A stretch of DNA of 64,000 nucleotides from Candidatus Doudnabacteria bacterium. Lineage in GTDB: Bacteria > Patescibacteriota > Doudnabacteria > UBA920. A model generated the notes under the pieces. It had not been told where the DNA came from. It made no database searches and saw only the letters and a list, made by a program, of their open reading frames with translations. Shown one piece after another: positions 28,381 through 38,381 of the stretch; positions within the stretch are counted from its first letter, which is position 1; every line of letters starts with the position of its first letter. Location: contig PLYC01000010.1 of assembly GCA_003151625.1 (NCBI GenBank), positions 4,283 to 68,282 of the forward strand, read 5' to 3'. The translations under genes were made by a program, and so were the position numbers.

Positions 28381-30612
28381 CTATCGTTTGGACAACACCA
28401 GACCCAAAAAGTAGTCTTTATCCAGTATTATATCAGAGTTTAGGCTGTCTGTGTTAAGGGTTTGGGTTTGAAAATTTTTCCAGGCAATCTGGCGACCGGT
28501 AAAATTTACAGTCCAGTTAAAATCCAAATTTGTACTGCCGATTTGTTTTTGCAGAAGCAGGCTGTATTTATCAACATCGCTTAATTTAAAGGGTAGTTGG
28601 TAAATTAGCTTGACCGTACGGCTTTGGCCGGCATTAACATTTAGCCAATTGCCGTAAAAAGTTTTTCCGCTTTCTTGGCCAATATATGTCCCGGTGACCA
28701 CATCTTTCACGGAATTTTTTTCCCAATTGTAAACGTCTGGGTCTACCTGGTAATTTTGGCCGACCGGATAATTTAAAATTTGGTAATCAAATCCTATATT
28801 GCTGACAAGTTTGCTTCCGAGCGGCACATAAATTCTCATAAAACTGTTATTAAAGGTCCCGGGTAAATTCGGCATTTTATTAGTTCGGGTTATGTCCACT
28901 TCATTGGTTATAGTTCCATCGTCCCCGATTGTAGTAGCCAGATTAATTTTCTGGTCAATGTAAAGATCAGTTTTTGTCGCGCCAAGGTTGCTGGTTACCA
29001 CAGACAAATAGTCGCGGTCAGTATTGTTAACCGAACCAGCCCAATTAAATTCCTTAAACTGGTTTTCCAAACCGGTGTCGCGGGAATAGGCAACTATCTG
29101 CTTGTTATTCAAATTATCCTGCAGGCTTTGGATAATTTGCGGCCATGCCGAAGAAGGGCTTTGGCTAATTTTTTGCAAAAGTATTGGTACCAAATCGGCC
29201 AAAAGTTGTTTGGGGGCATTAGTCGGTAAATCGTTGCTCATAGTGGTCACCGCCTGGGTCTCTTCTACAAAATTATCCGAGGACAATGTCACACCGTAAT
29301 TGGGAAGTTTAATTGAGCCGGTAATTTTTAGCCAGTCTACAATTATATTCGGGGTCATAGCAATCACCACATCCGGGGTTTCTCCTCCCTCCATCTCATA
29401 AAAGTCGCTGATTTTAGAAGCCGATAATGGAAAATCCGCGAACCAATTAGCGTCTCTCATATACCAGTTGCCGCTGACTTTCAGCAATGGTGTTGGCGGT
29501 TGGATATTTTGGGCCAGTTGATTATCTATATCATATATACTGCTAACATTGATTCTACTTATTTGTCCGTTATTGATTTTTAAATTTCCAAAAGTGCCTA
29601 TAAACCCTCCGCCTGCCCGAAGTTCGTTATTATTTTCAAACAAAACTAAAATGTTTTTGTCCCCTTTTAGCAAATTTTCGGCCAGCCCAAACACCATACT
29701 AAAATTGCTCAGGGTAAATTGGGCAATTTGCAGCTTAGTTTTCAAATCCACAAAGTTTTCGCGGACGGATGCGGGCAGTAAGCCCGGATCAATTTTATTC
29801 ACAAGAGTGTTGGCTCGAGAAATTTTATTGGAAATCCTTCCAATGCCGGCATCTATATTATCCAAAGCCTGACCTGTCGGCCTGCTACTGCTACTAAGGC
29901 CGCTGGGCCCAATTTGCAACTGTTTAATTTGATTCTGTAATGCAATAAAATCCTGCCCGCTTGAAGAAACCAGTGAGGCGGCTTCCAATAAACCATCAGC
30001 AGTTTGCTTTTGCGGCAAAATTGACATTAACTGATTTAATAACAGTCCGGAAGCGGCCAACTCGTTTTGACCTTGATTAAAGGCCTGAAAAGCCAGGGCA
30101 AAACGATTATTAGCAGTTGTAAAATCCTGACCGGCCAATGCGTCTTTTGCTTGGGACAAATAAGTGTTGCCCAGGGCGGCCGTTTGCATTACCTGATTTT
30201 TAACCTCGAGGCCGTTTGCAATTAAATGTAAAGACGCAATGCCACAATACCCTAAAACCGAAATGCAACAAAAGATCAATAAAGTTCTGGCAAAATTTTT
30301 TTGTACCACGAGTTTTAATCGCTCGGGAAAAGTTTTTTTTGTGGTTTTAATATCCCGAATTAACGCCCGGTAGGTTTTTTGCGGCGGAGTGATTATCAAA
30401 AATAAAGTTTTTTGGTAAAGAGCAACGATTTTATTACCGACAAACTTCAGCACCGATATAATAGCCAGCCCGGTAAAATAAAAAATATTCAATAAAAAAT
30501 CCAAAACTTTTGACAAAAACCGCACTGGCCAAGGTTTATTTTTGGCTTTTACAGTTAAAAAACTTCTGTGATGCGTATACAATATGAATTTTTTTGGAGC
30601 TTTGGTTTTCAT
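28381..30612 (-). CDS. DUF4012-family membrane protein
   Basis: N-terminal TM segment plus ELRAGGGFIGTFGNLKINNGQI (DUF4012 GGGF signature). 743 aa. Confidence 0.55.
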   Translation of the reverse strand: MKTKAPKKFILYTHHRSFLTVKAKNKPWPVRFLSKVLDFLLNIFYFTGLAIISVLKFVGNKIVALYQKTLFLIITPPQKTYRALIRDIKTTKKTFPERLKLVVQKNFARTLLIFCCISVLGYCGIASLHLIANGLEVKNQVMQTAALGNTYLSQAKDALAGQDFTTANNRFALAFQAFNQGQNELAASGLLLNQLMSILPQKQTADGLLEAASLVSSSGQDFIALQNQIKQLQIGPSGLSSSSRPTGQALDNIDAGIGRISNKISRANTLVNKIDPGLLPASVRENFVDLKTKLQIAQFTLSNFSMVFGLAENLLKGDKNILVLFENNNELRAGGGFIGTFGNLKINNGQISRINVSSIYDIDNQLAQNIQPPTPLLKVSGNWYMRDANWFADFPLSASKISDFYEMEGGETPDVVIAMTPNIIVDWLKITGSIKLPNYGVTLSSDNFVEETQAVTTMSNDLPTNAPKQLLADLVPILLQKISQSPSSAWPQIIQSLQDNLNNKQIVAYSRDTGLENQFKEFNWAGSVNNTDRDYLSVVTSNLGATKTDLYIDQKINLATTIGDDGTITNEVDITRTNKMPNLPGTFNNSFMRIYVPLGSKLVSNIGFDYQILNYPVGQNYQVDPDVYNWEKNSVKDVVTGTYIGQESGKTFYGNWLNVNAGQSRTVKLIYQLPFKLSDVDKYSLLLQKQIGSTNLDFNWTVNFTGRQIAWKNFQTQTLNTDSLNSDIILDKDYFLGLVLSKR

Positions 30613-30653
30613 TTAACTGCGCGTTAATTGGCGTAAAAAAATTAAATTATTCA

Positions 30654-31769
30654 TTACGCTCTTACGGTTTTGTGCCCGTATCTTGAAATATTTAACAATA
30701 TCCCAACGGCCGCTAAATTTGCCATTAAGGAAGTACTGCCATAACTAAAAAAAGGCAATGGGATCCCGGTTAAGGGCAATAAATTTAAAATGGCCGCGAC
30801 GTTAATTAAAGCTTGGAGAGTAATCCACGATGTAATCCCCAAGGCCACCATTTTGCCAAAGGTATCGGGAGCATTCCGAGCAATTTGAAAACCCTTTAAA
30901 GCAAACAGGGCAAATAATACTAAGGCCGCGAGCACTCTAAAAAATCCCAATTCTTCGGCGAAAACCGCGAAAACGGAATCGTTTATTACCGCCGGAAGGT
31001 AATTATGTTTTTGCCTGGACAACCCGTAGCCAAAACCCCACAAGCCGCCGGAACCAATGGCCAACAGCGCCTGATTAATTTGGTAGCTAATGCCTTTGGG
31101 GTCTAAAGCCGGGTTTAAAAAAGTAGCCAGACGCTTTACACGATAAGGTTCAATTTTAATGAACACATAAAGGGCTAAAATGCCGCCGATAAAACTGTAA
31201 AAAAAATATTTCCAATTTATTCCGGCCGCGAATAACATAAAAAAAGAGACCAATAACAGAACTAGCATTGTGCCAAAATCCGGCTGCCACAAAATGAGCG
31301 CTCCAAACAGAGCAATGATGCACAAAGACGGCAAGAGCCCGTAATAAAAATCGTTTAACGCGCCCTGTTTTTTTTCTACCCAGCTGGCCAAATACAAAAT
31401 TATTACCAACTTAGCAAGCTCGGCCGGCTGAAATGTAGCGGGGCCAAGACGTACCCATCTTGCGGCACCGCCCGCGGCAACTCCAAGACCGGGTATTTTA
31501 ACCAGCATTAACAAAAAAAGTGAAATAAAAATTAAATAAGGTAAATATTTTTGCCAAAAATGATAACCCAATTTACTGCAAACATACATCGCAATTAAGC
31601 CAACGACTGCCCCATATAGAACTTGATGAACAATATAGTAGCTGGTGTTCCCGAAAACCGCAAACGATTGAACGGCAGAAGCAGAATAAAGTACCGCTAA
31701 TCCATACGCTAAAAGCCCCAGTGTAATGAGCAAGAGAGTGTAGTCGAGTTGTTGATTTTTTTTTAACAT
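30654..31769 (-). CDS. ftsW: SEDS-family peptidoglycan glycosyltransferase FtsW/RodA
   Basis: 10-TM SEDS architecture with the conserved C-terminal region ..LPLTGIPLPFFSYGSTSL. Confidence 0.85.
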   Translation of the reverse strand: MLKKNQQLDYTLLLITLGLLAYGLAVLYSASAVQSFAVFGNTSYYIVHQVLYGAVVGLIAMYVCSKLGYHFWQKYLPYLIFISLFLLMLVKIPGLGVAAGGAARWVRLGPATFQPAELAKLVIILYLASWVEKKQGALNDFYYGLLPSLCIIALFGALILWQPDFGTMLVLLLVSFFMLFAAGINWKYFFYSFIGGILALYVFIKIEPYRVKRLATFLNPALDPKGISYQINQALLAIGSGGLWGFGYGLSRQKHNYLPAVINDSVFAVFAEELGFFRVLAALVLFALFALKGFQIARNAPDTFGKMVALGITSWITLQALINVAAILNLLPLTGIPLPFFSYGSTSLMANLAAVGILLNISRYGHKTVRA

Positions 31770-33208
31770 TTAGAATAATTTTTAACCCCCTGCTTAAACT
31801 GGTCACCGCGGTCAACGTAACTTTTAAACATGTCAAAGCTGGCGCAAGCGGGACTAAGCACAACTACGTCTCCTGATTCCGCGACCGATTCAATTTGTTT
31901 AAAAATTTCTTCAATATTTTTTGCACCCTCAATAATCCTATTTGTATCTTCTCCTAAAGATTGTTTTATGCGGCCGGCTTCTTGGCCAATTAAAATTATC
32001 TTTTTGATATTTTTCCTCGAATTGACAGCTCTGCCAAGTTCCGTAAAGTTGGAATTTTTAGAGGAGCCTCCCAAAATAATAATCAATGGCTCGGTAAAAG
32101 ATTGCATTGCGGCAATGGCTGTTTCCGGAGTAGTCGAAAAAGAATCATTATAAAATTTAACGCCGCTTTTTTTAGCCACGAACTCCAAGCGATGCTCGAG
32201 GCCTTTAAAATTTAGGGCGGCTTTTTTTATAGATTCTAAATCTGCTCCTGCCGAGCGGGTAGCCAAAATTGCAGCCATAACATTGTCAAAATTATGCTCG
32301 CCTCGCAAGTGCAACTGACTAACCGGTAAATGAAAGTTTCCCGTAAAAATTTCTTTATTTTCAACGAATGCTGCGACAATTTTTCCGCGTTCTTGGTTTT
32401 GACGGCCGTCAAAACCAAGAACGTATTTTTTTCGACTGAAATAAAGTTTTTTGCCTTTACTCTGTTCTCCAATCAGAACTGAATTTTCAAAGTCTGCGTT
32501 AATTATCGCAAAATCATCAAGCGTTTGAAATTTGGTAATAGATGATTTGGCGTCAACATAATCTTTTTGATTAGTATGATAATCAAGGTGTTCGCTTGTA
32601 ACCATTAAAACTACGGCAATGTGTGGGCTTTTTTCCAAATCTTGAAGTTGAAAACTCGACAGTTCGTAAACGACATAATCATCAGCACCTAAATTATCAA
32701 GAATCTCCAGGGGTTGAGTTTTGCCAATGTTGCCTGTTAAGTAGCATTTAGCGTTTAGCTTATAGCTCTTAGCCAGCAGAATCTCATATATAAGGCTCGA
32801 TGTAGTCCCTTTACCTTTTGTCCCAGTAATCCCAATAATTTTAGCCGGACAATGTTCAAAAAACCATCTGGTCTGGCTGGTTATCACGAGTCTCCCTCTC
32901 CCTTTGGGGGAGGGCTGGGGTGAGGGTTCTGTCCACCGATTAATATCCGGATTATTTAGCTTAATACCCGGACTCCTAAACGCAATATCAAACCCGGCCA
33001 ATTCTTTAAATGCATGCGCCCCAAAAATAAAATTTAGTCCCAATTTCTCAATTTTCAATTTCTCAATTTCGCTCCAACTCTCCCACGGTCTTTGGTCAAA
33101 CAGCACCGGTTTGATTTTATGTTTCAATAAATAAGCTGTTACAGCTTTCCCCTCTTGCCCATAACCTAAAACACCCACAAGTTTTCCTTTTAAATCTTGC
33201 AAATTCAT
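31763..33208 (-). CDS. murD: UDP-N-acetylmuramoylalanine--D-glutamate ligase (contains an in-frame palindromic insert)
   Basis: VLGYGQEGKA N-terminus, GITGTKGKGTTSSLI P-loop. An extra PSPQPSPKGRGR segment is encoded by a G/C-rich palindrome. Confidence 0.9.
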   Translation of the reverse strand: MNLQDLKGKLVGVLGYGQEGKAVTAYLLKHKIKPVLFDQRPWESWSEIEKLKIEKLGLNFIFGAHAFKELAGFDIAFRSPGIKLNNPDINRWTEPSPQPSPKGRGRLVITSQTRWFFEHCPAKIIGITGTKGKGTTSSLIYEILLAKSYKLNAKCYLTGNIGKTQPLEILDNLGADDYVVYELSSFQLQDLEKSPHIAVVLMVTSEHLDYHTNQKDYVDAKSSITKFQTLDDFAIINADFENSVLIGEQSKGKKLYFSRKKYVLGFDGRQNQERGKIVAAFVENKEIFTGNFHLPVSQLHLRGEHNFDNVMAAILATRSAGADLESIKKAALNFKGLEHRLEFVAKKSGVKFYNDSFSTTPETAIAAMQSFTEPLIIILGGSSKNSNFTELGRAVNSRKNIKKIILIGQEAGRIKQSLGEDTNRIIEGAKNIEEIFKQIESVAESGDVVVLSPACASFDMFKSYVDRGDQFKQGVKNYSKC

Positions 33209-33285
33209 GCACTTATTTTACCATAATTTACCCAATAATAAAAATCGGCTCGAAATGAACCGATTGGGTATATATAGAAAAAAGA

Positions 33286-33531
33286 TTATAAGCTACTAAG
33301 CGAAATTACATAATAGAATTTTCCTTCTTTTCCATAGTCAAACTCTACTCTTGCTGAATGTTCGTCCCTCTTGACAATTTTGCCCTTCAAACTCGCGGCC
33401 TTTGGTTTGGGGTCATATGACAAAATTGGATCGGCTTCAATAGCAGCTGTAATAATTCTTGCCGGTACAATTACCTCATTACCTATTTGTAAATCCTGCC
33501 TTTCAAATTTTTTAATATCGGGAGACGGCAT
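33286..33531 (-). CDS. Hypothetical small protein
   Basis: 81-aa ORF, no motif recognised. Confidence 0.35.
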   Translation of the reverse strand: MPSPDIKKFERQDLQIGNEVIVPARIITAAIEADPILSYDPKPKAASLKGKIVKRDEHSARVEFDYGKEGKFYYVISLSSL

Positions 33532-33544
33532 AATTGGTAAAAAA

Positions 33545-34174
33545 TTAATTAATGCTAAATTTTATCAGCGCCTTTTTTATGACCGAATCCCTTGTTTCAA
33601 ACCCAGGCAGAAATTCTACCTGCTCCTTATAGCTGATATCATCAAAATAACCCAATTGCGACCTGAAAAGTTTTTCGTTAAACTGACCTCCAAATTCTTT
33701 TTTTCCGGTCTCCGATATTTCCTGTAACGAATAATAATCTTTAAGAATAAAATACATATCAACGTAATCTTTCCACTTGCTTCCCTGCCCTATGGCAAAT
33801 GCCTTCATTGCGGCCAACGTCAGCAGGTTGGGCATTTTTATCACGCCACCAAAATTTTCAGGGTAAGCAATATTATAAGGAAAGCGAAAAAAAGTAAATT
33901 TTACCCCATTAAGAACTAGCGTCAATTCGCCAAGTTTGTTGACTATAATTTCGTTTGGAACCTTAAAATCTAAAATTTGATTTAATAAACTTTGGTTGCC
34001 GAATTTTGCCGGGGAAAAAAGATCAAAATCAACAGATCGGCGATGGCCTATTTGCAAAGCCACGGCCGTACCCCCCACTAAGCCAAAGTTTTTTGAAAAC
34101 TTTCCAATTAATGGCAGAAGTTTTACCTGCTCTTTTGTTAAAACTTCTTTATGCAGACTTGACATATTTATCAA
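33545..34174 (-). CDS. AbiEii/AbiGii-family nucleotidyltransferase (type IV toxin-antitoxin toxin)
   Basis: GLVGGTAVALQIGHRRSVDFDLF: a Gly-rich loop plus hDhD nucleotidyltransferase motif typical of PF08843. Confidence 0.55.
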   Translation of the reverse strand: MINMSSLHKEVLTKEQVKLLPLIGKFSKNFGLVGGTAVALQIGHRRSVDFDLFSPAKFGNQSLLNQILDFKVPNEIIVNKLGELTLVLNGVKFTFFRFPYNIAYPENFGGVIKMPNLLTLAAMKAFAIGQGSKWKDYVDMYFILKDYYSLQEISETGKKEFGGQFNEKLFRSQLGYFDDISYKEQVEFLPGFETRDSVIKKALIKFSIN

Positions 34175-34421
34175 AATATAAATTAAAATAATGTTTAATC
34201 TCCGGACGGTAATTTTGCCTCCCGAATTTATCGGGTGTAGATTTTTCGCGGAAAATTTTCGCGGTTTTTTTTATTCCCAGGATTTTTATCATTCCTTGGA
34301 CATCGTCCCAATCGCCGCAATTTAAAACATGCTCCACGATAGACGCCTCGTCGAGCTTGTTTAAGTCTTTAACATACCACACCAGATATGGCCTTTTTTT
34401 GATAAATTCGTGGATACCCAT
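34149..34421 (-). CDS. Small ORF overlapping the AbiEii gene start (possible cognate antitoxin)
   Basis: 90 aa with a 26-nt overlap onto the toxin gene. No motif recognised; shorter than typical AbiEi. Confidence 0.3.
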   Translation of the reverse strand: MGIHEFIKKRPYLVWYVKDLNKLDEASIVEHVLNCGDWDDVQGMIKILGIKKTAKIFREKSTPDKFGRQNYRPEIKHYFNLYFDKYVKSA

Positions 34422-34441
34422 ACCTGTATTAAAGCAAATTT

Positions 34442-36010
34442 TCAGCTTTTTCTCAATGCGTATCCCGGCAATTTTTCTGTCAATTTACCTTCAGCCAACG
34501 CGGCTTTGCCATTAACAAACACATAGTCTATGCCTTCGCTGTATAAATAAGGATTTTCGTAAGTTGCTTTGTCTACAATTTTTTGTGGATCGAAAATTAC
34601 CAAATCCGCGAAATTTCCGATTTTTATTTCTCCACGCTTTTTTAATCCCATTTTTTTTGCCGGGCCGCCAGTAAGTTTTTTTATGGCCGTTTCAAGAGGT
34701 AGGGTACCCTTTTTTATAACATCGCTTAAAAATTTCGGGGCTGTGCCAAAAGATCTCGGATGTACCAAACCGGCGCCTACCGGCTGGTTGTTAAACCCGG
34801 ATCCGTCCGTGCTAATAAAGGACAGAGGATGGAGCATAAGTTCGTCCACCTGTGACATATCCAAATTTTTTTCAAATACCAAAACCTCACTGCCCCCGTT
34901 TTGAATCAGGTGTAGCACCGCCTGTTCGCTGGAGCACTCCAAATTTTTTGCAATTTGGCCAATAGTTTTCCCGGAAAAATTAAGCCGATTTGCCGTTGAG
35001 GCGACACGAACTTCGGAAAACTTAATCTCCAGATTATTTAAATACATTAATATTTTATTTTTTTGCACCGGGTCGGCAAAATGTTTTAACATAATTGTGC
35101 GCCCCCCCTCTATGGCCCACTTTGGCAGATAACTGTACAAAGGTTGCCACATTATGTCGTAGGGGTAAAGATCAAAATGAACCTGCGTGCCTTGGTGGAA
35201 AGCGGAGTCTATTAAATTTATCACTTCGGGAAATTTTTCCCAATTTTGTTCGTTCCTAACTTTTAAATGGGAAATTTTTAAATTAACCTCGGTGCTTTTT
35301 GCAATGTCCAAAGCTTCATCGAGTGCTTCTATAATTTCTCCGCCCTCACTGCGCAAGTGAATGGAAAACAAACCGTTATAGCTTTTAACAATTTTTGCCA
35401 ACTCAAAAAGTTCGAGCTCGGAAATTATAATTTCGTGCGCGTAGGAAAGTCCGCTGGAAAGACCAAACGCTCCGGCTTCCAGGCTTTCAGAAAGAGCGGT
35501 TTTTAAAGCTTCAAGCTCCTGTTTTTCCAGGCTTCTGATTTGGTCACCGACAATAGCGCGGCGCAGGGTCGAATAGCCGACTAAGCTTGCAATGTTACAG
35601 GCAAAACGCTTGCGCGACAACTCTTCTATAAATTCGCTGTAAGAAGTCCAGTTTACGTTTACTCCTTCCAAACTGTGCCACTTTTGCAGAGAAAATAGAG
35701 CTTCATGCGTTAGCAGAGGAGCCACGCTGGCGCCGCAGTTACCAACTAATATTGTAGTAAAGCCCTGAGTTATCAAACTTTGCAATCCAGGGTTGTCGAA
35801 TATCTTCCAATAACTGTCACTGTGATTTTGTAAATCTACAAAACCAGGCGTTAAAATTTTTCCTTTAGCATCAATGGTAATTTCGGCTGAGGAATCAATT
35901 TTTGCCGCAATATTTGCGATTTCATCGCCCTGGATAGCCACATCCAAAATCTCCCCGGGCTTTCCGGTGCCATCGATTAGCGTAGCATTTTTTATCAGTA
36001 GGCTATACAT
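34442..36010 (-). CDS. Amidohydrolase-superfamily D-aminoacylase (N-acyl-D-amino-acid deacylase-like)
   Basis: N-terminal LIKNATLIDGTG..ILTPGFVDLQNHSD metal-binding motif. 522 aa. Confidence 0.7.
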   Translation of the reverse strand: MYSLLIKNATLIDGTGKPGEILDVAIQGDEIANIAAKIDSSAEITIDAKGKILTPGFVDLQNHSDSYWKIFDNPGLQSLITQGFTTILVGNCGASVAPLLTHEALFSLQKWHSLEGVNVNWTSYSEFIEELSRKRFACNIASLVGYSTLRRAIVGDQIRSLEKQELEALKTALSESLEAGAFGLSSGLSYAHEIIISELELFELAKIVKSYNGLFSIHLRSEGGEIIEALDEALDIAKSTEVNLKISHLKVRNEQNWEKFPEVINLIDSAFHQGTQVHFDLYPYDIMWQPLYSYLPKWAIEGGRTIMLKHFADPVQKNKILMYLNNLEIKFSEVRVASTANRLNFSGKTIGQIAKNLECSSEQAVLHLIQNGGSEVLVFEKNLDMSQVDELMLHPLSFISTDGSGFNNQPVGAGLVHPRSFGTAPKFLSDVIKKGTLPLETAIKKLTGGPAKKMGLKKRGEIKIGNFADLVIFDPQKIVDKATYENPYLYSEGIDYVFVNGKAALAEGKLTEKLPGYALRKS

Positions 36011-36092
36011 ACAATCTTCTACTAAATACTAAACTTTCTAAATGTACTAAATTGCGTAATTGAAGTTTAGTATTTTTAGACACTTTAGTATT
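36007..36092. repeat. CTACTAAATACTAA-family long inverted repeat (copy 2)
   Basis: cttctactaaatactaaactttctaaatgtactaaa...tttagtatttttagacactttagtatttagcagaa. Confidence 0.8.
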
Positions 36093-36110
36093 TAGCAGAA
36101 ACTTTTTAGT

Positions 36111-37229
36111 TTATCCCAAAAAATATATCACCACTCCCATTATGCTCGTGACTGCGGCGATTATCCAAAAACGCATAGTGACTTTGGCTTCCGGCCAGCC
36201 GAGAGCTTCAAAATGATGGTGAAGCGGCGCGGACAAAAAAACTTTCTTTTTTAAAAACTTTTTTGAAAATAACTGGATTATGGTAGACACAGCTTCCATT
36301 AAAAATACAAAGCCCACAACGGGCAAAATAAATACGGAATTTGTCAAAAATGCCACTATGGCCAAAAGAACTCCTAGCCCCATTGACCCTGTGTCTCCCA
36401 TAATAAACCTTGCCGGGAAAACATTAAACCACAAAAATGCCAAAAGACTGCCGCAAATTACTCCTATAAAGGTCGCTAAGTCGTGTTTGCCCTGTAAAAA
36501 TGCAATTAGCCCAAAAGCAAAAAATGAAATCATTAAAGTGCCGCCCGCAAGCCCGTCTAAACCGTCTGTCTGATTCACGGAAAAACTGGTGGCAATTACG
36601 ACGAAAATAAAAAATGGAATAAATAGCCAGCCCAAATGCAGATTCCCCGCAAATGGGATGTGCACAAAATCAAAACCCAGTTTGAAATAAAACCACCACG
36701 CGCCAATTGCCGCTACGATTGAATACAGCACGAGCTTAAACCTAAACCGCAATCCCCTGCCATTGTGGCCACGATGGTTAATATCCAGCCAATCGTCTAT
36801 TAACCCAACCAGCGATGCGCCAAGTAAAGCTCCCAATGGTAAAAGAGTCTCTTTGCGGGAATAAAAGTCAAAATCATTAAAAACATCGACATGTAAAACC
36901 CGGTCAAAAAACCAAAATACAAACATTAAAATTACCAGCGTGCCCCAGACTAGTATCCCGCCCATAGTTGGCGTTCCTGCTTTGTGCTTATGCATTTCCG
37001 TAAATAAGGGAGTGCTCCCGTCGTTGCGGATTTGTTTACCAAGCTTATTTCTGTATAAAAATCTTGTAAAAAGCGGGGTAACCGCAAGAGCAAAAATAAA
37101 ACCCAGAGACGTTAAAGCAAAAATTTTAGTCAAAACCGAAAATCCCATCATATTACGTTTATTGTACCATAAAAAAGCTGGTCTGGAAAATGTCAGCCTG
37201 ATGTCTAAGGTGCTCTTTGGCATTGCCAT
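36111..37229 (-). CDS. mraY: Phospho-N-acetylmuramoyl-pentapeptide transferase (true start probably the Met at ~37151)
   Basis: KAGTPTMGGI, DDWLDI, and a polytopic membrane profile. Confidence 0.85.
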   Translation of the reverse strand: MAMPKSTLDIRLTFSRPAFLWYNKRNMMGFSVLTKIFALTSLGFIFALAVTPLFTRFLYRNKLGKQIRNDGSTPLFTEMHKHKAGTPTMGGILVWGTLVILMFVFWFFDRVLHVDVFNDFDFYSRKETLLPLGALLGASLVGLIDDWLDINHRGHNGRGLRFRFKLVLYSIVAAIGAWWFYFKLGFDFVHIPFAGNLHLGWLFIPFFIFVVIATSFSVNQTDGLDGLAGGTLMISFFAFGLIAFLQGKHDLATFIGVICGSLLAFLWFNVFPARFIMGDTGSMGLGVLLAIVAFLTNSVFILPVVGFVFLMEAVSTIIQLFSKKFLKKKVFLSAPLHHHFEALGWPEAKVTMRFWIIAAVTSIMGVVIYFLG

Positions 37230-37271
37230 ATCTAAATGTCAAAGAGCACTTTTGACATTTTTACGACAGAG

Positions 37272-38234
37272 CTATTCCCAATTAAAACTGGTTTCTACAG
37301 CCGACTTGAGCTTTAAAGTATCTCCTTCCCGGTTTTGGCTGTCCAAAACTAAAATAATTATTTGATGCCCGCCTATGGCTACTTTAGTCGCCATTGCGCC
37401 ATTGGCTTCGTTAGTAAAGCCGGTTTTAACAGCTTGGATATCGGGATGATTTTTTATAAGCAAATTGGTGGCAGTTGCGGAATAAATTTTCCCCAAAGCC
37501 CCGCTGAATTTATAGCCGGTCATCCGGCCTAAATCGGTAAAATCTGTAAAATGCTGGGTATTGGTGATCAAAAGTTTCAAATCCTCGGCCGTGGAATAAT
37601 TGTCGCTGTTGTCAAAACCCATTGGGTTGCTAAAACTACTGTTGACCATTCCTAAAACAGCCGCCTGACCATTCATAAGATCGACAAAATTACTTCCAGA
37701 CGATTGTGAAGTAAAATCCGCAAGCGCTTTTGCCGCGTCGTTGCAAGAGCCGATTAACATAGAGTTAAAAACGTCCAAAGCCTTAACTTCGTCCCCGATA
37801 GCGAGGCCTAAATCTGGCTTAACATTTAAAATATTCTTACTCGTAATTGCAAAAGTTTTGTTGAGATTGGAGTTATTATAAGCCGCTAAGGCTGTCATCA
37901 ACTTTGTTAAACTGGCTATAGCCAATTTCTGGGTAGGATTTTTGCTTAACAATTCCTGGCCGCTGTCTAAATCAAAAACCAGAAAACTTTGGGCGCTTAC
38001 ATCGGAAAGGTCCGGATTCTTTGTCTGAATTATGGAAGTTTGGGGATTATCTTTAGGCTTATTTATTATTGGTGCGGGGACCGCCGTGCTTGCCCCCAAA
38101 ACTTCCGGCTTATACGTTTGGCTAAGAGCAATATCTTGTGTTGATAAAATCGCTGTTGTTTGAATTAAAACAAGCAACAGCACAAACATTAGCCAATAAG
38201 GAAGAATTTTAAATAGTTTTGTTTTTACGGGCAA
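37272..38234 (-). CDS. Serine-type D-Ala-D-Ala carboxypeptidase (S11, DacA-like)
   Basis: SxxK active site in ASLTKLMT, SGN-like motif, signal/TM N-terminus. Confidence 0.7.
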   Translation of the reverse strand: MPVKTKLFKILPYWLMFVLLLVLIQTTAILSTQDIALSQTYKPEVLGASTAVPAPIINKPKDNPQTSIIQTKNPDLSDVSAQSFLVFDLDSGQELLSKNPTQKLAIASLTKLMTALAAYNNSNLNKTFAITSKNILNVKPDLGLAIGDEVKALDVFNSMLIGSCNDAAKALADFTSQSSGSNFVDLMNGQAAVLGMVNSSFSNPMGFDNSDNYSTAEDLKLLITNTQHFTDFTDLGRMTGYKFSGALGKIYSATATNLLIKNHPDIQAVKTGFTNEANGAMATKVAIGGHQIIILVLDSQNREGDTLKLKSAVETSFNWE

Positions 38235-38381
38235 TCTTTAAAATTTTATTAGTTTCTATAATTATACCTCATTGACAAAACTTTTAACTGTGGATAAAAT
38301 GATTAAGCGTTAATAATTAATAGCTCATAATACTTAACTGTTAGTCAGTTATAAATTATTTGTTATAGGCTACTTCAATAT

